The notes under the pieces are model-generated. The model was given only the letters and a program-made list of their open reading frames with translations, did no database searches and was not told where the DNA came from. Positions 50,636 through 60,452 of a DNA stretch of 64,000 nt are shown piece by piece (position 1 is the first letter of the stretch; the number at the start of each line of letters is the position of its first letter). Source of the stretch: Myxococcota bacterium (lineage in GTDB: Bacteria; Myxococcota_A; UBA9160; UBA4427); contig OZ252299.1 in assembly GCA_965250285.1 (NCBI GenBank), positions 448,001 to 512,000 on the forward strand. Direction: 5' to 3'. The translations under genes were made by a program, and so were the position numbers.

Positions 50636-52147
50636 ATGTCCGAGCACGAGCGATTCGCGCAGACGCTGCAAGAGCTGATCGACGGCGAGCGGCCGGTCAA
50701 GAACGACTTCAACGACTTCGTCGGGCACTGTGACGTGCTGCGTCAGCTGCTCGAGGTCGCGCCCGACGAGGTGCGAGCGCCGCTGCAGCAGCTGCACGAC
50801 CTGATGGCCGAGGCGCGCGATGCGACCGGGGCCGCCGTGCTCGGGATCTTCCCGAAGCTGATCGATCCCGAGCTCGCGAACGTCTACGGGCAGATCTCCG
50901 ACTACATCCGCACCCACTGCGGCATCGCGCTCGGCGACCCGACCTACGTGAAAGGCGAGCTGGTGCGTGAGAGCAACTGCGGTGGCTGGCCGGGGGCGGG
51001 CAGCCCGCTCACGAGCAACCGCTTCCCCTATCTGCTCGATACGTCGGCGTCGAACTACTTCAGCAATCGGTTCTGGCACGGCGAGAACGCGCCGCCCGGC
51101 TTCATCGCGGTGCCGAAGTGTGGCCGAGTGGTGTTCCGCGGCGAGTTCCCGTACTCGCGCTACTTCGCGTTCCACCCCTCCGACTTCGACACGAACAATC
51201 TGCGCACGATCATCGACGTCGACATCGAGCCCGATGAGGGCAGCGCCAACCCCTTTCGCGGGCCGGTGGCCGAAGGGCAGGGCCGCCGTTTCACCACCCA
51301 GCTCATTTTTACGCCCGCGCCCGATGATCCCGAGCCGAACACGACCTACGTCGGGCTGACGAAGAAGGGCGAGCCGAATCAGGCGGTGTTCAACATCTAC
51401 CGAACGACGGGCTCGGTGCTGGGCGCGCTGCCGCCCAACAACACCGGCGTGCTGCTGCCGTCGGTCACCGTCTACAACGCGGCCGGCGAGGAGGTGCGGC
51501 ACTTCGGCGAGTGCGAGCCGTATCCGCCCGGCACCGAGCCGCCGGTCGATCGGACCCACTTTGCGCCGCTCGCGATTCCGGATGCACGCGGGCTCAACTG
51601 GCCCGAGCAGTACGAGGTGAAGGCCAACTGGGGCCTGCCGTACGACATCCTCGCGAGCGACGACATTCTGTATCTGGTGACGCCCTACACGCGTCGGCTC
51701 GGGGAGGTGCACGTGACGCGAGGCAAGAAGCCGGCCGTGCCGCGCACGCCGGAAGAGCCCGTGTATGCGCCGGACATGCAGCTTCGGGGATTCACCGTCA
51801 CCACCTACAACTTCTGGGCCGGCATCTGCGAAGGTGCGGTGATCGACAAGGACATCGCGGTCGACGACGACGGCCACTACACGTTGGTCGTGAGCCACGA
51901 ACGCGATCGGCCGGCGAATGCCACGCCCGAGAACGGGGTCACGTGGATCGACTGGGGCGACTATCTCGACGGTCAGCTGACGTTCCGGATCCTCCTGAAG
52001 CGCGATCCGCTCGTGCAGGCGATCGGCGCGGCCATCGAGTCGGGCGAGGCGTCGCCCGACGTCGAGCCCTACGTGCCGCGCTCGCGCCACTGCTCGAAGG
52101 CGGCGTTCGAAGCCCAGGGCTGGCGCGCGGCCTTCGGCGAGGCCTAG
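50636..52147 (+). CDS. Hypothetical protein, DUF1214-like C-terminal segment
   Basis: GGAG RBS before ATG 50636; 'DDDGHYTLVVS…RPANA…W' segment resembles the DUF1214 C-terminus; in operon with the sulfotransferase. Confidence 0.65.
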   Translation: MSEHERFAQTLQELIDGERPVKNDFNDFVGHCDVLRQLLEVAPDEVRAPLQQLHDLMAEARDATGAAVLGIFPKLIDPELANVYGQISDYIRTHCGIALGDPTYVKGELVRESNCGGWPGAGSPLTSNRFPYLLDTSASNYFSNRFWHGENAPPGFIAVPKCGRVVFRGEFPYSRYFAFHPSDFDTNNLRTIIDVDIEPDEGSANPFRGPVAEGQGRRFTTQLIFTPAPDDPEPNTTYVGLTKKGEPNQAVFNIYRTTGSVLGALPPNNTGVLLPSVTVYNAAGEEVRHFGECEPYPPGTEPPVDRTHFAPLAIPDARGLNWPEQYEVKANWGLPYDILASDDILYLVTPYTRRLGEVHVTRGKKPAVPRTPEEPVYAPDMQLRGFTVTTYNFWAGICEGAVIDKDIAVDDDGHYTLVVSHERDRPANATPENGVTWIDWGDYLDGQLTFRILLKRDPLVQAIGAAIESGEASPDVEPYVPRSRHCSKAAFEAQGWRAAFGEA

Positions 52148-52360
52148 CCCCCGCGCGGACCGGCGGGGGGCGGGCGGCCGACCGGGCACGCCGACCTTCA
52201 GCGCGTCGCCCGATCGCGTCGCATGGGCTTGACTTCCAGGCTGTGTGACCATGCTTCGTCGTCATCCGACGTCGGGCGGTCGCCGCACCCGTGCGCGCGC
52301 CGTCCGGCCATCCACCTTGAACCCCTTCGTCGACAGCCCCGCGCTGCCCCCGAGGAGCCC

Positions 52361-54286
52361 ATGAGCGCCGAGACCCACGAGTTCCAGGCCGAGGTCCAGA
52401 AGCTGCTGGATCTCATGATCCACTCCCTCTACTCGAACAAGGAGGTCTTTCTTCGCGAGCTGATCTCGAACGCCTCCGATGCGATCGACCGGCGGCGATT
52501 TCTGGGCGTGACCGACGCGTCGATCCTGCCCGAGGGCGAACTCGGCATTCGTCTCGAGGCCGACGCCGAGGCCCGCACGCTGACGATCGCCGACAACGGC
52601 ATCGGCATGAGCCGCGACGACCTGCTCGAGAACCTCGGCACCATCGCGCGGTCGGGCACGCTCGAGTTCTTGAAGGGGCTCGGCGACACGCAGGAGGCCA
52701 GTCCTGAGCTGATCGGTCAGTTCGGCGTCGGCTTCTACGCGAGCTTCATGGTGGCCGACGAGGTCGAGGTCGTGACCCGCAAGGCCGGCGAAGCAGCCGC
52801 CTGGCGCTGGGTCTCGAAGGGGGCCGGGCAGTACACGATCGAAGACGGCGAGCGCGAAGACGCCGGCACGACCATCACCCTGCACCTCAAGCCCGTCGAC
52901 GCCGACGCCGGGCTCGAAGACTTCGCGAACGAATGGGTGCTGCGCGGCATCGTCAAGCGCTACTCCGACTTCGTCGCCTACCCGATCCGCCTCGAGCAGA
53001 AGGGCGTCGAATCGCCCGAGGACGCGCCGCCGCCCGACGACGCGCCGCTCAACTCGATGAAGGCGATCTGGACCCGCCCCGAAGGCGAGGTGAGCGACGA
53101 CGACTACGCCGAGTTCTACGGTCACATCACGCACGATCACGAACCGCCGCTGCTGCACGTGCGGACGAAGATCGAAGGCACGTTCGAGGCCCAGGCGCTG
53201 CTCTACGTACCGGCCAAGGCGCCGTTCGACCTCTACCACCGCGAGATGGCCCACCGTGGGATCCAGCTCTACGTCAAGCGCGTCTTCATCATGGACGAGT
53301 GCCGCGAGCTGATGCCCGAGTACCTGCGCTTCGTGAAGGGCGTGGTCGATGCCGAGGATCTGTCGCTCAACGTCTCGCGCGAGATGCTCCAGCAGGACCG
53401 CCAGATTCAGGCGATTCGCAAGCACCTCGTCAAGAAGGTCGTCGATGCGCTGCGCGACCTGAAGAAGCAAGACGCCGAAAAGTACCTCCGGTTCTGGGCC
53501 CAGTTCGGCCCGGTGCTCAAGGAGGGCCTGCTCGGTTTCGACGAGAAGAAGGATCGGATCCTCGACCTGGTCTACGTCTCGACGGCGAGCGAGCCCGACA
53601 AGCTCGTGCCGCTGGCCGACGTCGTCGAACGCATGCCCGACGAACAGAACAAGATCTACTTCATGACCGGGGCGTCGAAGGACGTGCTCGCGCGCTCGCC
53701 CCACGTCGAGGCCTTCAAGGCCAAGGGGATCGAGGTCTGCCTCTTCACCGATCCGGTCGATGAGGTGTGGCTCGAGCAGATGCCGCCTCAGTACATGGAG
53801 AAGAGCTTCCAGTCGGTCGGCCGAGGCGAGGTCGATCTCGACGAGGCCGGTGAGGACGAGAGCGAGAAGACGGCCCAGCGCGAAGAGCAGGAGGCGTCTT
53901 TCAAGGATCTGCTCGACGCGGTGCGCAGCGCACTCGACGGCGACGTGAAGGAGGTTCGGCTGAGCGGACGACTCACCGACTCTCCGTCGTGTCTCGTCCT
54001 CGAAGAGGGCGATCTCTCGCCGCAGCTCGAAGCGATGCTGAAGCAAGCGGGGCAGGACGTGCCCGAGCGCAAGCCGATCCTCGAGCTGAACCCCGGGCAT
54101 CCGATCCTCGCCGGGCTGCAGCAGACGTTCGAGGCGAAGGCCGACGACCCGCGCATCGCCGACTACGCGGGGCTGCTCTACTCGCTCGCGGTGCTGGCGG
54201 AGGGCGGTCAGCTCGCCGACCCGGCCGCGTTCGCCCGCGTCGTGCAGGATCTGATGGTCGGGGGTCTCGACTCAGCCCAGGCCTGA
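52361..54286 (+). CDS. htpG: Molecular chaperone HtpG (Hsp90)
   Basis: 'HEFQAEV…SLYSNKEVFLRELISNASDA', 'NLGTIARSGT', 'IGQFGVGFY', 'LNVSREMLQ'; GAGGAG RBS. Confidence 0.98.
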   Translation: MSAETHEFQAEVQKLLDLMIHSLYSNKEVFLRELISNASDAIDRRRFLGVTDASILPEGELGIRLEADAEARTLTIADNGIGMSRDDLLENLGTIARSGTLEFLKGLGDTQEASPELIGQFGVGFYASFMVADEVEVVTRKAGEAAAWRWVSKGAGQYTIEDGEREDAGTTITLHLKPVDADAGLEDFANEWVLRGIVKRYSDFVAYPIRLEQKGVESPEDAPPPDDAPLNSMKAIWTRPEGEVSDDDYAEFYGHITHDHEPPLLHVRTKIEGTFEAQALLYVPAKAPFDLYHREMAHRGIQLYVKRVFIMDECRELMPEYLRFVKGVVDAEDLSLNVSREMLQQDRQIQAIRKHLVKKVVDALRDLKKQDAEKYLRFWAQFGPVLKEGLLGFDEKKDRILDLVYVSTASEPDKLVPLADVVERMPDEQNKIYFMTGASKDVLARSPHVEAFKAKGIEVCLFTDPVDEVWLEQMPPQYMEKSFQSVGRGEVDLDEAGEDESEKTAQREEQEASFKDLLDAVRSALDGDVKEVRLSGRLTDSPSCLVLEEGDLSPQLEAMLKQAGQDVPERKPILELNPGHPILAGLQQTFEAKADDPRIADYAGLLYSLAVLAEGGQLADPAAFARVVQDLMVGGLDSAQA

Positions 54287-54312
54287 AACGGCGCTCGAGG
54301 CGCGCGCGAAGC

Positions 54313-55416
54313 TCAGTCGACGAGGTCGAACGCGATCACGCCGCCGGGTCGGTCGACTCCGCCGATCGACGCGGGCGCGAGCGCCGTCAGGCGGCCGTCG
54401 TCGGCGATGACGAATTGAGCCACGTCGTTCGCGCCCTGGTTCGTCACGTAGACGAGCCCGCCGCTCGCGTCGACCGAGACCGCCGCCGGCATGCTGCCCG
54501 TCGGCACGGCGGCCGGGCTCTGCGGCGTCAGCTGGCCGTCCGAGCCGATCGTGTACTGCGACACGGTGCCATCGCTCGCGTTGGCGACGTAGGCGAGCCC
54601 ACCAGCGGGATCGATCGCCACCCAGACCGGTGCGCTGCCCGCTGGCACGCTGGCCGGGCTGAGCGGCGAGAGCTCGCCGCTCGCAGCGATCGCGTACTGC
54701 GACACACTGTTCGAGAACGTGTTGGCGACGTACGCGAAGGCCGCCGTCGGGTGCGTCGCCACTAAGCGCGGCTCAGACTCCGTGTCGACGGTCGGCGTGG
54801 CGAGCGGCGTGAGCTGCCCGGCGAGACTGATGGCGTACTGAGAGATCGTGTCGTCGTTCGAGTCGGCGACGTACGCATAGGCGCCGCTGGCGTCGATCGC
54901 GATCGAGCGGGGCTCTTCGCCGGCCGTGACGACGGCCGGGCTGAGCGCCGAGAGGTGCCCGTTCGGCCCGATCGCGTACTGCGAAACGTCGCCGCCACTG
55001 AAGTTCACGACGTAGGCGAACGCCCCGTTCGGTTCGATCGCGATCGCGAAGGGCCCGTCGCCCGCGGCGACCGTGGGGGGTACGAGGGGAGAGAGCGTGC
55101 CGTCGGCGCTGATCGCGTACTGGGACACGTCGCCGTCGCCGAGGTTGGGCACGTAGGCCACGGTCGTCGCGGCGTCGGTCGCGATCGACTGCGGTGCGGC
55201 GCCGGTCGAGACCGTCGCCGGGGTCTGCGGCCGCAGCGTGCCGTCGGCTTCGATGGCGAACTGCGAGATCTCGTCCGATCCGATGCTCGCCACGAACGCG
55301 TAGCCCGAGAACGGTCCGCCGTTCGTGCCGCCGCCGTCCTTGCAGCTCGCGAGTCCGAGCGTCGCGGCCAGAACGATGCATGCGATCCGCCGCGGTCGTC
55401 GTCTCGAGAGCGTCAC
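54313..55416 (-). CDS. Lactonase-like (6-phosphogluconolactonase family fold) beta-propeller lipoprotein
   Basis: Lipobox 'LASC'; about seven ~45-aa repeats 'AYVAN…VSQYAI…G.L.PL.P..V..G..P'. GTG start 55416. Confidence 0.85.
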   Translation of the reverse strand: MTLSRRRPRRIACIVLAATLGLASCKDGGGTNGGPFSGYAFVASIGSDEISQFAIEADGTLRPQTPATVSTGAAPQSIATDAATTVAYVPNLGDGDVSQYAISADGTLSPLVPPTVAAGDGPFAIAIEPNGAFAYVVNFSGGDVSQYAIGPNGHLSALSPAVVTAGEEPRSIAIDASGAYAYVADSNDDTISQYAISLAGQLTPLATPTVDTESEPRLVATHPTAAFAYVANTFSNSVSQYAIAASGELSPLSPASVPAGSAPVWVAIDPAGGLAYVANASDGTVSQYTIGSDGQLTPQSPAAVPTGSMPAAVSVDASGGLVYVTNQGANDVAQFVIADDGRLTALAPASIGGVDRPGGVIAFDLVD

Positions 55417-55484
55417 GTTTCGATTCCCGCCTGCGAAGGGTGAGCTGCGAGGGATGATCGACCCCGCGCGGGCGGCGAGGGGCC

Positions 55485-56303
55485 TCAAGCGTCGCGCGCG
55501 GCGACCACCGCGTCGAGGGTCTTGCGAAACCCGTCGACGTCGTCGTAACGACCGCCGCCTGCGACGAGGCCGGTGACGCCGAGCTCGGCGAGCTCGTCGA
55601 GCTGCGCCCGACCGGCCTGCGGATCGTCGGCTGGGACGGCCCCGAACGTCACGACCTCGGGCGCGCCGCGGCCCGCTTCGGCGAAGAGCTCGCGCAGGCG
55701 CCCGATGCCCTGCACCAGATCATCGCGCGAGCGCGGCATCGGGAACCAGCCATCGCCGGACCGTGCAGCCCGGGCCAACGCGTGCTCACCGTGCCCGCCG
55801 ACGTAGATCGGCGGCCGCGGAGGGTTCGGCCGGAACAGGAAGGGTTGGTCGTGTTCGACCACGACGTCGTCCTCGGCACCGAAGCCCCGCGCGAGCAGGT
55901 CGAGCACCGCGTCGCTGCGCTGGCCGCGCTCGGCGCGAGGCACGCCCAGCGCGTCGAACTCGGGCTGCATCCAGCCGATGCCGACGCCGAGCCGAAGGCG
56001 CTCGCCCGAGAGCTCCTGCAGCGTCGCGATCGCCTTGGCCGTCGGGAGAGGGGGGCGGTACGGGAGGATCAGCACGCCTGTCCCGAGGCCGATGCGATCG
56101 GTCGCGCCGGCGAGCCAGGCGAGCGCGGTGAGCGGGTCGAGATAGCGGCCCTCGCTGCCTTCGGCATCGTCGGGCGGGATCGCGATGTGATCCTGAACCC
56201 AGACGTCGTCGAGCCCGGCGGCTTCGGCTGCCCGGGCGCACGCGAGCAGCACGTCGGGCCTCGACGATGTGCCCATCGATCGAAGAGCGATACCGATGCG
56301 CAT
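55485..56303 (-). CDS. LLM class oxidoreductase, probably F420-dependent (TIGR03619-like)
   Basis: 'WVQDHIAIP', 'DPLTALAWLAGATDRIGLGTGVLILPYR', 'GVGIGW'; AGGAG RBS before ATG 56303. Confidence 0.88.
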   Translation of the reverse strand: MRIGIALRSMGTSSRPDVLLACARAAEAAGLDDVWVQDHIAIPPDDAEGSEGRYLDPLTALAWLAGATDRIGLGTGVLILPYRPPLPTAKAIATLQELSGERLRLGVGIGWMQPEFDALGVPRAERGQRSDAVLDLLARGFGAEDDVVVEHDQPFLFRPNPPRPPIYVGGHGEHALARAARSGDGWFPMPRSRDDLVQGIGRLRELFAEAGRGAPEVVTFGAVPADDPQAGRAQLDELAELGVTGLVAGGGRYDDVDGFRKTLDAVVAARDA

Positions 56304-56514
56304 GGGGCGAGTCTCCTGCGGTCGATGCGGTTCGGGTGGACGCCCGGCGTCGCCCGATCCCGATCGAAGGTCTGGCTTCGATGCCTCGACGGGGGCGGCG
56401 TCGCGAACGCCCCTGAACACGGTGACGGCGCTGGGGTACCCTCGCTACGGCCCCCCGCCCCATTCGCGATTCGTTCCCCTTGCGACGCTCCCGCGCAGTC
56501 GGAGTCCCGGCCCC

Positions 56515-57312
56515 TTGAGCAACCCCGAAGCACAGGCTGCCCACGTCGAGCTCTCGGGGGTCGGCCTCGCCTTCGATGCACGCCCGGTGTTCGACGGGCT
56601 CGACCTGACGTTCGAGCGCGGTCGTGTTTCGGTGATCATGGGCGCGAGCGGGGGCGGCAAGAGCACGCTGCTTCGCATGATCGGCGGGCTGCAGCGTCCC
56701 GACGTCGGTTCGGTGCGCGTTGCGGGTGAAGAGGTGACGCGCCTCGGCGACCTCGAGCTCGCGCGCATGCGGCGTCGGCTCGGCATGCAGTTTCAGAATG
56801 GCGCGCTGCTCGACTCGATGAACGTCTTCGACAACATCGCGCTGCCGCTGCGAGAGCGCGGCAGCGGTCGCGAGGCCGACGTGCGCGCGCGCGTTCGCGA
56901 GACCCTCGATGCCGTCGGCCTCGACGACGTCGAGGGCCTGCTGCCGCGCGAGCTGTCGGGGGGCATGCTGCGCCGGGTCGCGTTCGCCCGAGCCATCGTG
57001 ATGGAGCCCGAGATCCTGCTCGCCGACGAGCCCTTCTCGGGCCTCGATCCGCCGAACGTCGCGCGCATCGAGAAGCTGCTCCTCGACCTCAACCGCCGCC
57101 TCGGCTTGACCGTGCTGGTCACGTCGCATCATCTCGCGTCGAGCCTGCGCCTCGCCGATCGCATCGTGCTGCTGCGCGACCGCCAGGCTCTCGTCGGCAC
57201 GCCGCACGAGCTGGCCCAGAGTGCCGACTCGGCCATTCGCGCCTTCATGGGCGAGGACGGGGCCGCGTTCATCGCGAGCGCGACGGCTGCGCGCGACGGC
57301 GGATCGCACTGA
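56515..57312 (+). CDS. mlaF: Mla/Ttg2 ABC transporter ATPase
   Basis: Walker A 'GASGGGKS', 'FQNGALLDSMNVFDNIALPL', 'ELSGGM', 'DEPFSGLDP'. TTG start after GGAG (uncertain). Confidence 0.9.
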   Translation: MSNPEAQAAHVELSGVGLAFDARPVFDGLDLTFERGRVSVIMGASGGGKSTLLRMIGGLQRPDVGSVRVAGEEVTRLGDLELARMRRRLGMQFQNGALLDSMNVFDNIALPLRERGSGREADVRARVRETLDAVGLDDVEGLLPRELSGGMLRRVAFARAIVMEPEILLADEPFSGLDPPNVARIEKLLLDLNRRLGLTVLVTSHHLASSLRLADRIVLLRDRQALVGTPHELAQSADSAIRAFMGEDGAAFIASATAARDGGSH

Positions 57313-58088
57313 TGGGTATGGGGGTCGCGAGCCTGGGGGCACGCGCGTCGTCGCTGATCGAAGCAACGGGCCGAGCCGCCGTGTTCGGCGGGAGCTTGCT
57401 CCGCGCCATTGCGCTGCCTCCCTTGCGCGGACGCGCCATCTCAGCCGGCGTCTTCGACTCGGGGGTGCTCTCGCTCGCGCTGATCTGCGGATCGGGTCTC
57501 ACGGTCGGGCTCGTGCTGGGTCTGCAGCTCTACAACACGCTCGTGCAGTTCGGTGCCGAGTCGTCGCTCGGCACCGCTGTCGGCCTGTCGTTGATTCGTG
57601 AGCTCGGGCCGGTGCTCACTGCGCTGCTCGTCACCGGTCGCGCGGGATCGGCGGTGACAGCCGAGATCGGTGCAATGAAGGCCACGGAGCAGCTCGATGG
57701 TCTGCGCATGATGGCGATCGACCCCGTTCACTTCGTCGCGGCGCCCCGGGCCCTGGCGCTCGCGCTCTCGATGCCGTTGCTCTCGGCGCTCTTCATCGCC
57801 TTCGGTGTCGGCGGGGCCTACCTCGTCGGCGTCGAGCTGCTCGGCCTCGATGGCGGTAGCTATTTGTCGAGCCTCGAGCGCAGCGTCGACTTCCACGACT
57901 CGGTGGCGCAGAGCCTGGTGAAGTCGGCCGTCTTCGGTGCGCTGGTCGGCTGGATCGCGACCTGGCGGGGCATGTCGTGCGAACCGAACGCGGCGGGCGT
58001 GAGCCGCGCGACGACTTCGACCGTCGTAACGGCGTCGGTCTGGATCCTGCTCACCGACTACGCGATCACGGCGATCTGGGAGATCTGA
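57312..58088 (+). CDS. mlaE: Mla ABC transporter permease
   Basis: 'RELGPVLTALLVTGRAGSAVTAEIGAMKATEQLD', 'GVSRATTSTVV'. Confidence 0.95.
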   Translation: MGMGVASLGARASSLIEATGRAAVFGGSLLRAIALPPLRGRAISAGVFDSGVLSLALICGSGLTVGLVLGLQLYNTLVQFGAESSLGTAVGLSLIRELGPVLTALLVTGRAGSAVTAEIGAMKATEQLDGLRMMAIDPVHFVAAPRALALALSMPLLSALFIAFGVGGAYLVGVELLGLDGGSYLSSLERSVDFHDSVAQSLVKSAVFGALVGWIATWRGMSCEPNAAGVSRATTSTVVTASVWILLTDYAITAIWEI

Positions 58089-58203
58089 CGCAGAGGGAAG
58101 ATCGAACGCGGCCTTCGGATCGAAGGCGATCCGGCCGATACGAGAGAAGCGAGGCCGTCGCGCGAAGCGCGAACGGAGAAGGGAAGAAAAGAAGGGAGCC
58201 AGC

Positions 58204-58650
58204 GTGTCCGAGAACTCGAAGCGTGACTTCTGGGTGGGGCTCTTCGTGTGCCTGGGCCTCGCGGCCGTGGGCTGGCTGTCGCTGCAGATCGGGGGGCTCT
58301 CGATCGTGCGCCCGGCGTCGCGCACGCTGTACGCGCACTTCGACGACATCGGGGGGCTGACCGATCGCTCGCCCGTTCGCCTCGGGGGCGTGACCGTCGG
58401 TCGCGTGACCTCGATCGATCTCGATGACGACCTGCGCGCGCGGGTGACGCTCGAAGTGGACGAGAGCGTTCCGCTCTCGATCGATACGGCCGCGGCCATT
58501 CGCACCTCGGGGCTGCTGGGCGACCAGTTCATCGCTTTGGAACCCGGAGCCGAAGAAGAGACCCTCACCGAGGGTGAGACGTTCTCCTTCACCGAGAGCG
58601 CCATCAATCTCGACAAGCTCGTCGGCACCATGGTGCACGGCGACGAGTGA
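58204..58650 (+). CDS. mlaD: MCE-domain lipid asymmetry protein
   Basis: 'FDDIGGL…SPVRLGGVTVGRV', 'IRTSGLLGDQFIALEPG'. Confidence 0.93.
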   Translation: MSENSKRDFWVGLFVCLGLAAVGWLSLQIGGLSIVRPASRTLYAHFDDIGGLTDRSPVRLGGVTVGRVTSIDLDDDLRARVTLEVDESVPLSIDTAAAIRTSGLLGDQFIALEPGAEEETLTEGETFSFTESAINLDKLVGTMVHGDE

Positions 58651-58654
58651 GGTC

Positions 58655-59716
58655 ATGGTGCGGGTGCGTGAATCGGTGACCGGAACGGCGGCCGCGTTCA
58701 GGCGCAGGCCGGGCAGACCGGTTTCGGTCGCGACGCATGCATCGCGCTGGGCCGCGTGGCTCGTGCTGGTGGCGGGGGGCCTGCTCGCGCCGGTCGCGGG
58801 CCTGGCCGACACGTCCGACGAGATCGAGCCCGAGACGCAGTCGGAGGTCGAGGCCGAGGTGGAGAGTGAGGCCCAGCCGAATCCGCCGGCGCTGCCGCCG
58901 AACCCCGACCCGTGGGAGAGCTTCAACCGCGCCGTGTTCCAAGCCAACGAGTGGGGCGACATCTACGCGGTGCGGCCCCTCTCGCAGGGCTGGACCTTTC
59001 TGACGCCAACGCCGTTTCGGAGCGCGGTCACCAACTTCAACGCCAACCTGCAGATGCCGGTGATCCTCGGAAACAACCTGCTGCAGCTGAAGCCGCGCAA
59101 TGTCGGCGATGACTTTCTGCGCATCGTCTTCAACCTGAGCTTCGGGATCGGGGGGCTGATCGACGTCGCGAGCGCGGTTGACATCCCGCAGAACGACGAA
59201 GACTTCGGCCAGACGCTCGGCTACTGGGGGGTGCCGGCGGGGCCCTACCTCGTGCTGCCGCTGTACGGGCCTTCGACCGTGCGCGACGGCGTCGGCCGCC
59301 TCGCCGACTCGGCCGCCACGCTCTACTTCTCGTTTCTGCCCTTCTACTCGACGCTGCTCGTGCGGGGTGTCGAAGTGATCAACCTGCGGGCCGAGTTCGG
59401 CGACGAGCTCGATGCGAACCGCGCCGAGAGCTTCGACTACTACGTCTTTCTGCGAAACGCCTACCTGCAGAACCGGCGGGCCAAGGTCGCCCCGCGGCGG
59501 GCGCGCAACCGTGAGGCCGAGCGCGACGACCTCTATCACTTCGAGGACGATCTCTACGACGTCGACGACGACTTCGATGACGACGAAGACTTCGACGACG
59601 AGGATTTCGACGACGACTTCGATGACGGCGACGCGGCGACGGGCGATCTCGAGCCGGCGCACGATCCCGCAGACGACGCGGCCCTGCGCATCGACGCGCA
59701 GCCGAGGGCGGCGTAG
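58655..59716 (+). CDS. mlaA: VacJ/MlaA family protein with acidic C-terminal tail
   Basis: 'DPWESFNRAVF', 'EDFGQTLGYWGVPAGPYLVLPLYGPSTVRD', 'DYYVFLRNAYLQNR'. Confidence 0.92.
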   Translation: MVRVRESVTGTAAAFRRRPGRPVSVATHASRWAAWLVLVAGGLLAPVAGLADTSDEIEPETQSEVEAEVESEAQPNPPALPPNPDPWESFNRAVFQANEWGDIYAVRPLSQGWTFLTPTPFRSAVTNFNANLQMPVILGNNLLQLKPRNVGDDFLRIVFNLSFGIGGLIDVASAVDIPQNDEDFGQTLGYWGVPAGPYLVLPLYGPSTVRDGVGRLADSAATLYFSFLPFYSTLLVRGVEVINLRAEFGDELDANRAESFDYYVFLRNAYLQNRRAKVAPRRARNREAERDDLYHFEDDLYDVDDDFDDDEDFDDEDFDDDFDDGDAATGDLEPAHDPADDAALRIDAQPRAA

Positions 59717-59728
59717 GCTACCGCGACC

Positions 59729-60415
59729 ATGACCTCGACCCTGCACGCAGCGTGGGCCCGCCCGGTGCGGACCCTTCTCGCGGTCTTCGTGATCGGCGCG
59801 CTCCATGCGCCAATCGCCGTCGCCGCCGAAGAGACCGACGCCGGCACGATTGGCCCGCGCGAAGTCGTCGAGGTCACGGTCGGGCAGGTGCTCGCGATCC
59901 TCGCCGATCCGAACCTCGACAGTCCGACGCGCCGCGCCCGCATCGAGGCGATCGCCTTCGACGTGTTCGACTTCACGACGATGTCGAAGCTCGTGCTCGC
60001 GCGAAACTGGAAGAAGTTCGATACCGAGCAGAAGCGGGCCTTCGTGCGCGAGTTCAAGGCGCATCTCTCTCGCAGCTACGGCAGTCGCCTCGACCGCTAT
60101 CGCCAGGAGAACGTCGAGATCATCTCGACCCGAGAAGAGCCCCGCGGCGATGTCACGGTGATCACCAAGGTCGTCGGTGGCCAGTTCGACGACATCGAGA
60201 TGGATTACCGAATGCGCTACCGCAAGGAGCGCTGGCGCGCGATCGACGTGGTGATCGAGGGCGTCTCGCTCGTTGCGAACTTCCGCAGCCAGTTCGCCGA
60301 GGTGCTCAGCAAGGGCGGCCCCGACCGGCTGCTCGAAGAGCTGCGCACGAAGAACTTCGACACGCCCGGCGTCGACGACAGCAGCGGCGAAACGCAGCAG
60401 GGCGAGGGCGCATGA
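59729..60415 (+). CDS. mlaC: MlaC/Ttg2D periplasmic phospholipid-binding protein
   Basis: 'FDFTTMSKLVLARNW', 'DVVIEGVSLVANFRSQF'. Confidence 0.93.
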   Translation: MTSTLHAAWARPVRTLLAVFVIGALHAPIAVAAEETDAGTIGPREVVEVTVGQVLAILADPNLDSPTRRARIEAIAFDVFDFTTMSKLVLARNWKKFDTEQKRAFVREFKAHLSRSYGSRLDRYRQENVEIISTREEPRGDVTVITKVVGGQFDDIEMDYRMRYRKERWRAIDVVIEGVSLVANFRSQFAEVLSKGGPDRLLEELRTKNFDTPGVDDSSGETQQGEGA

Positions 60416-60452
60416 TGCGCCGAGCCGCCCAGCGGCGGGGGGCTGCCCCGGC

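Noticed and set aside
52228..52340. sigma32-like heat-shock promoter upstream of htpG (CTTGAC…CCAT; CTTGAA…CCCC)
   Set aside because: Two partial matches, neither with a full CCCCAT -10; no CIRCE inverted repeat; too weak to call.
58089..58203. Remnant of mlaB or a terminator between mlaE and mlaD
   Set aside because: Only a short hairpin (GCCTTCG-GAT-CGAAGGC) without a U-tract plus a purine-rich stretch; no STAS-like coding trace.
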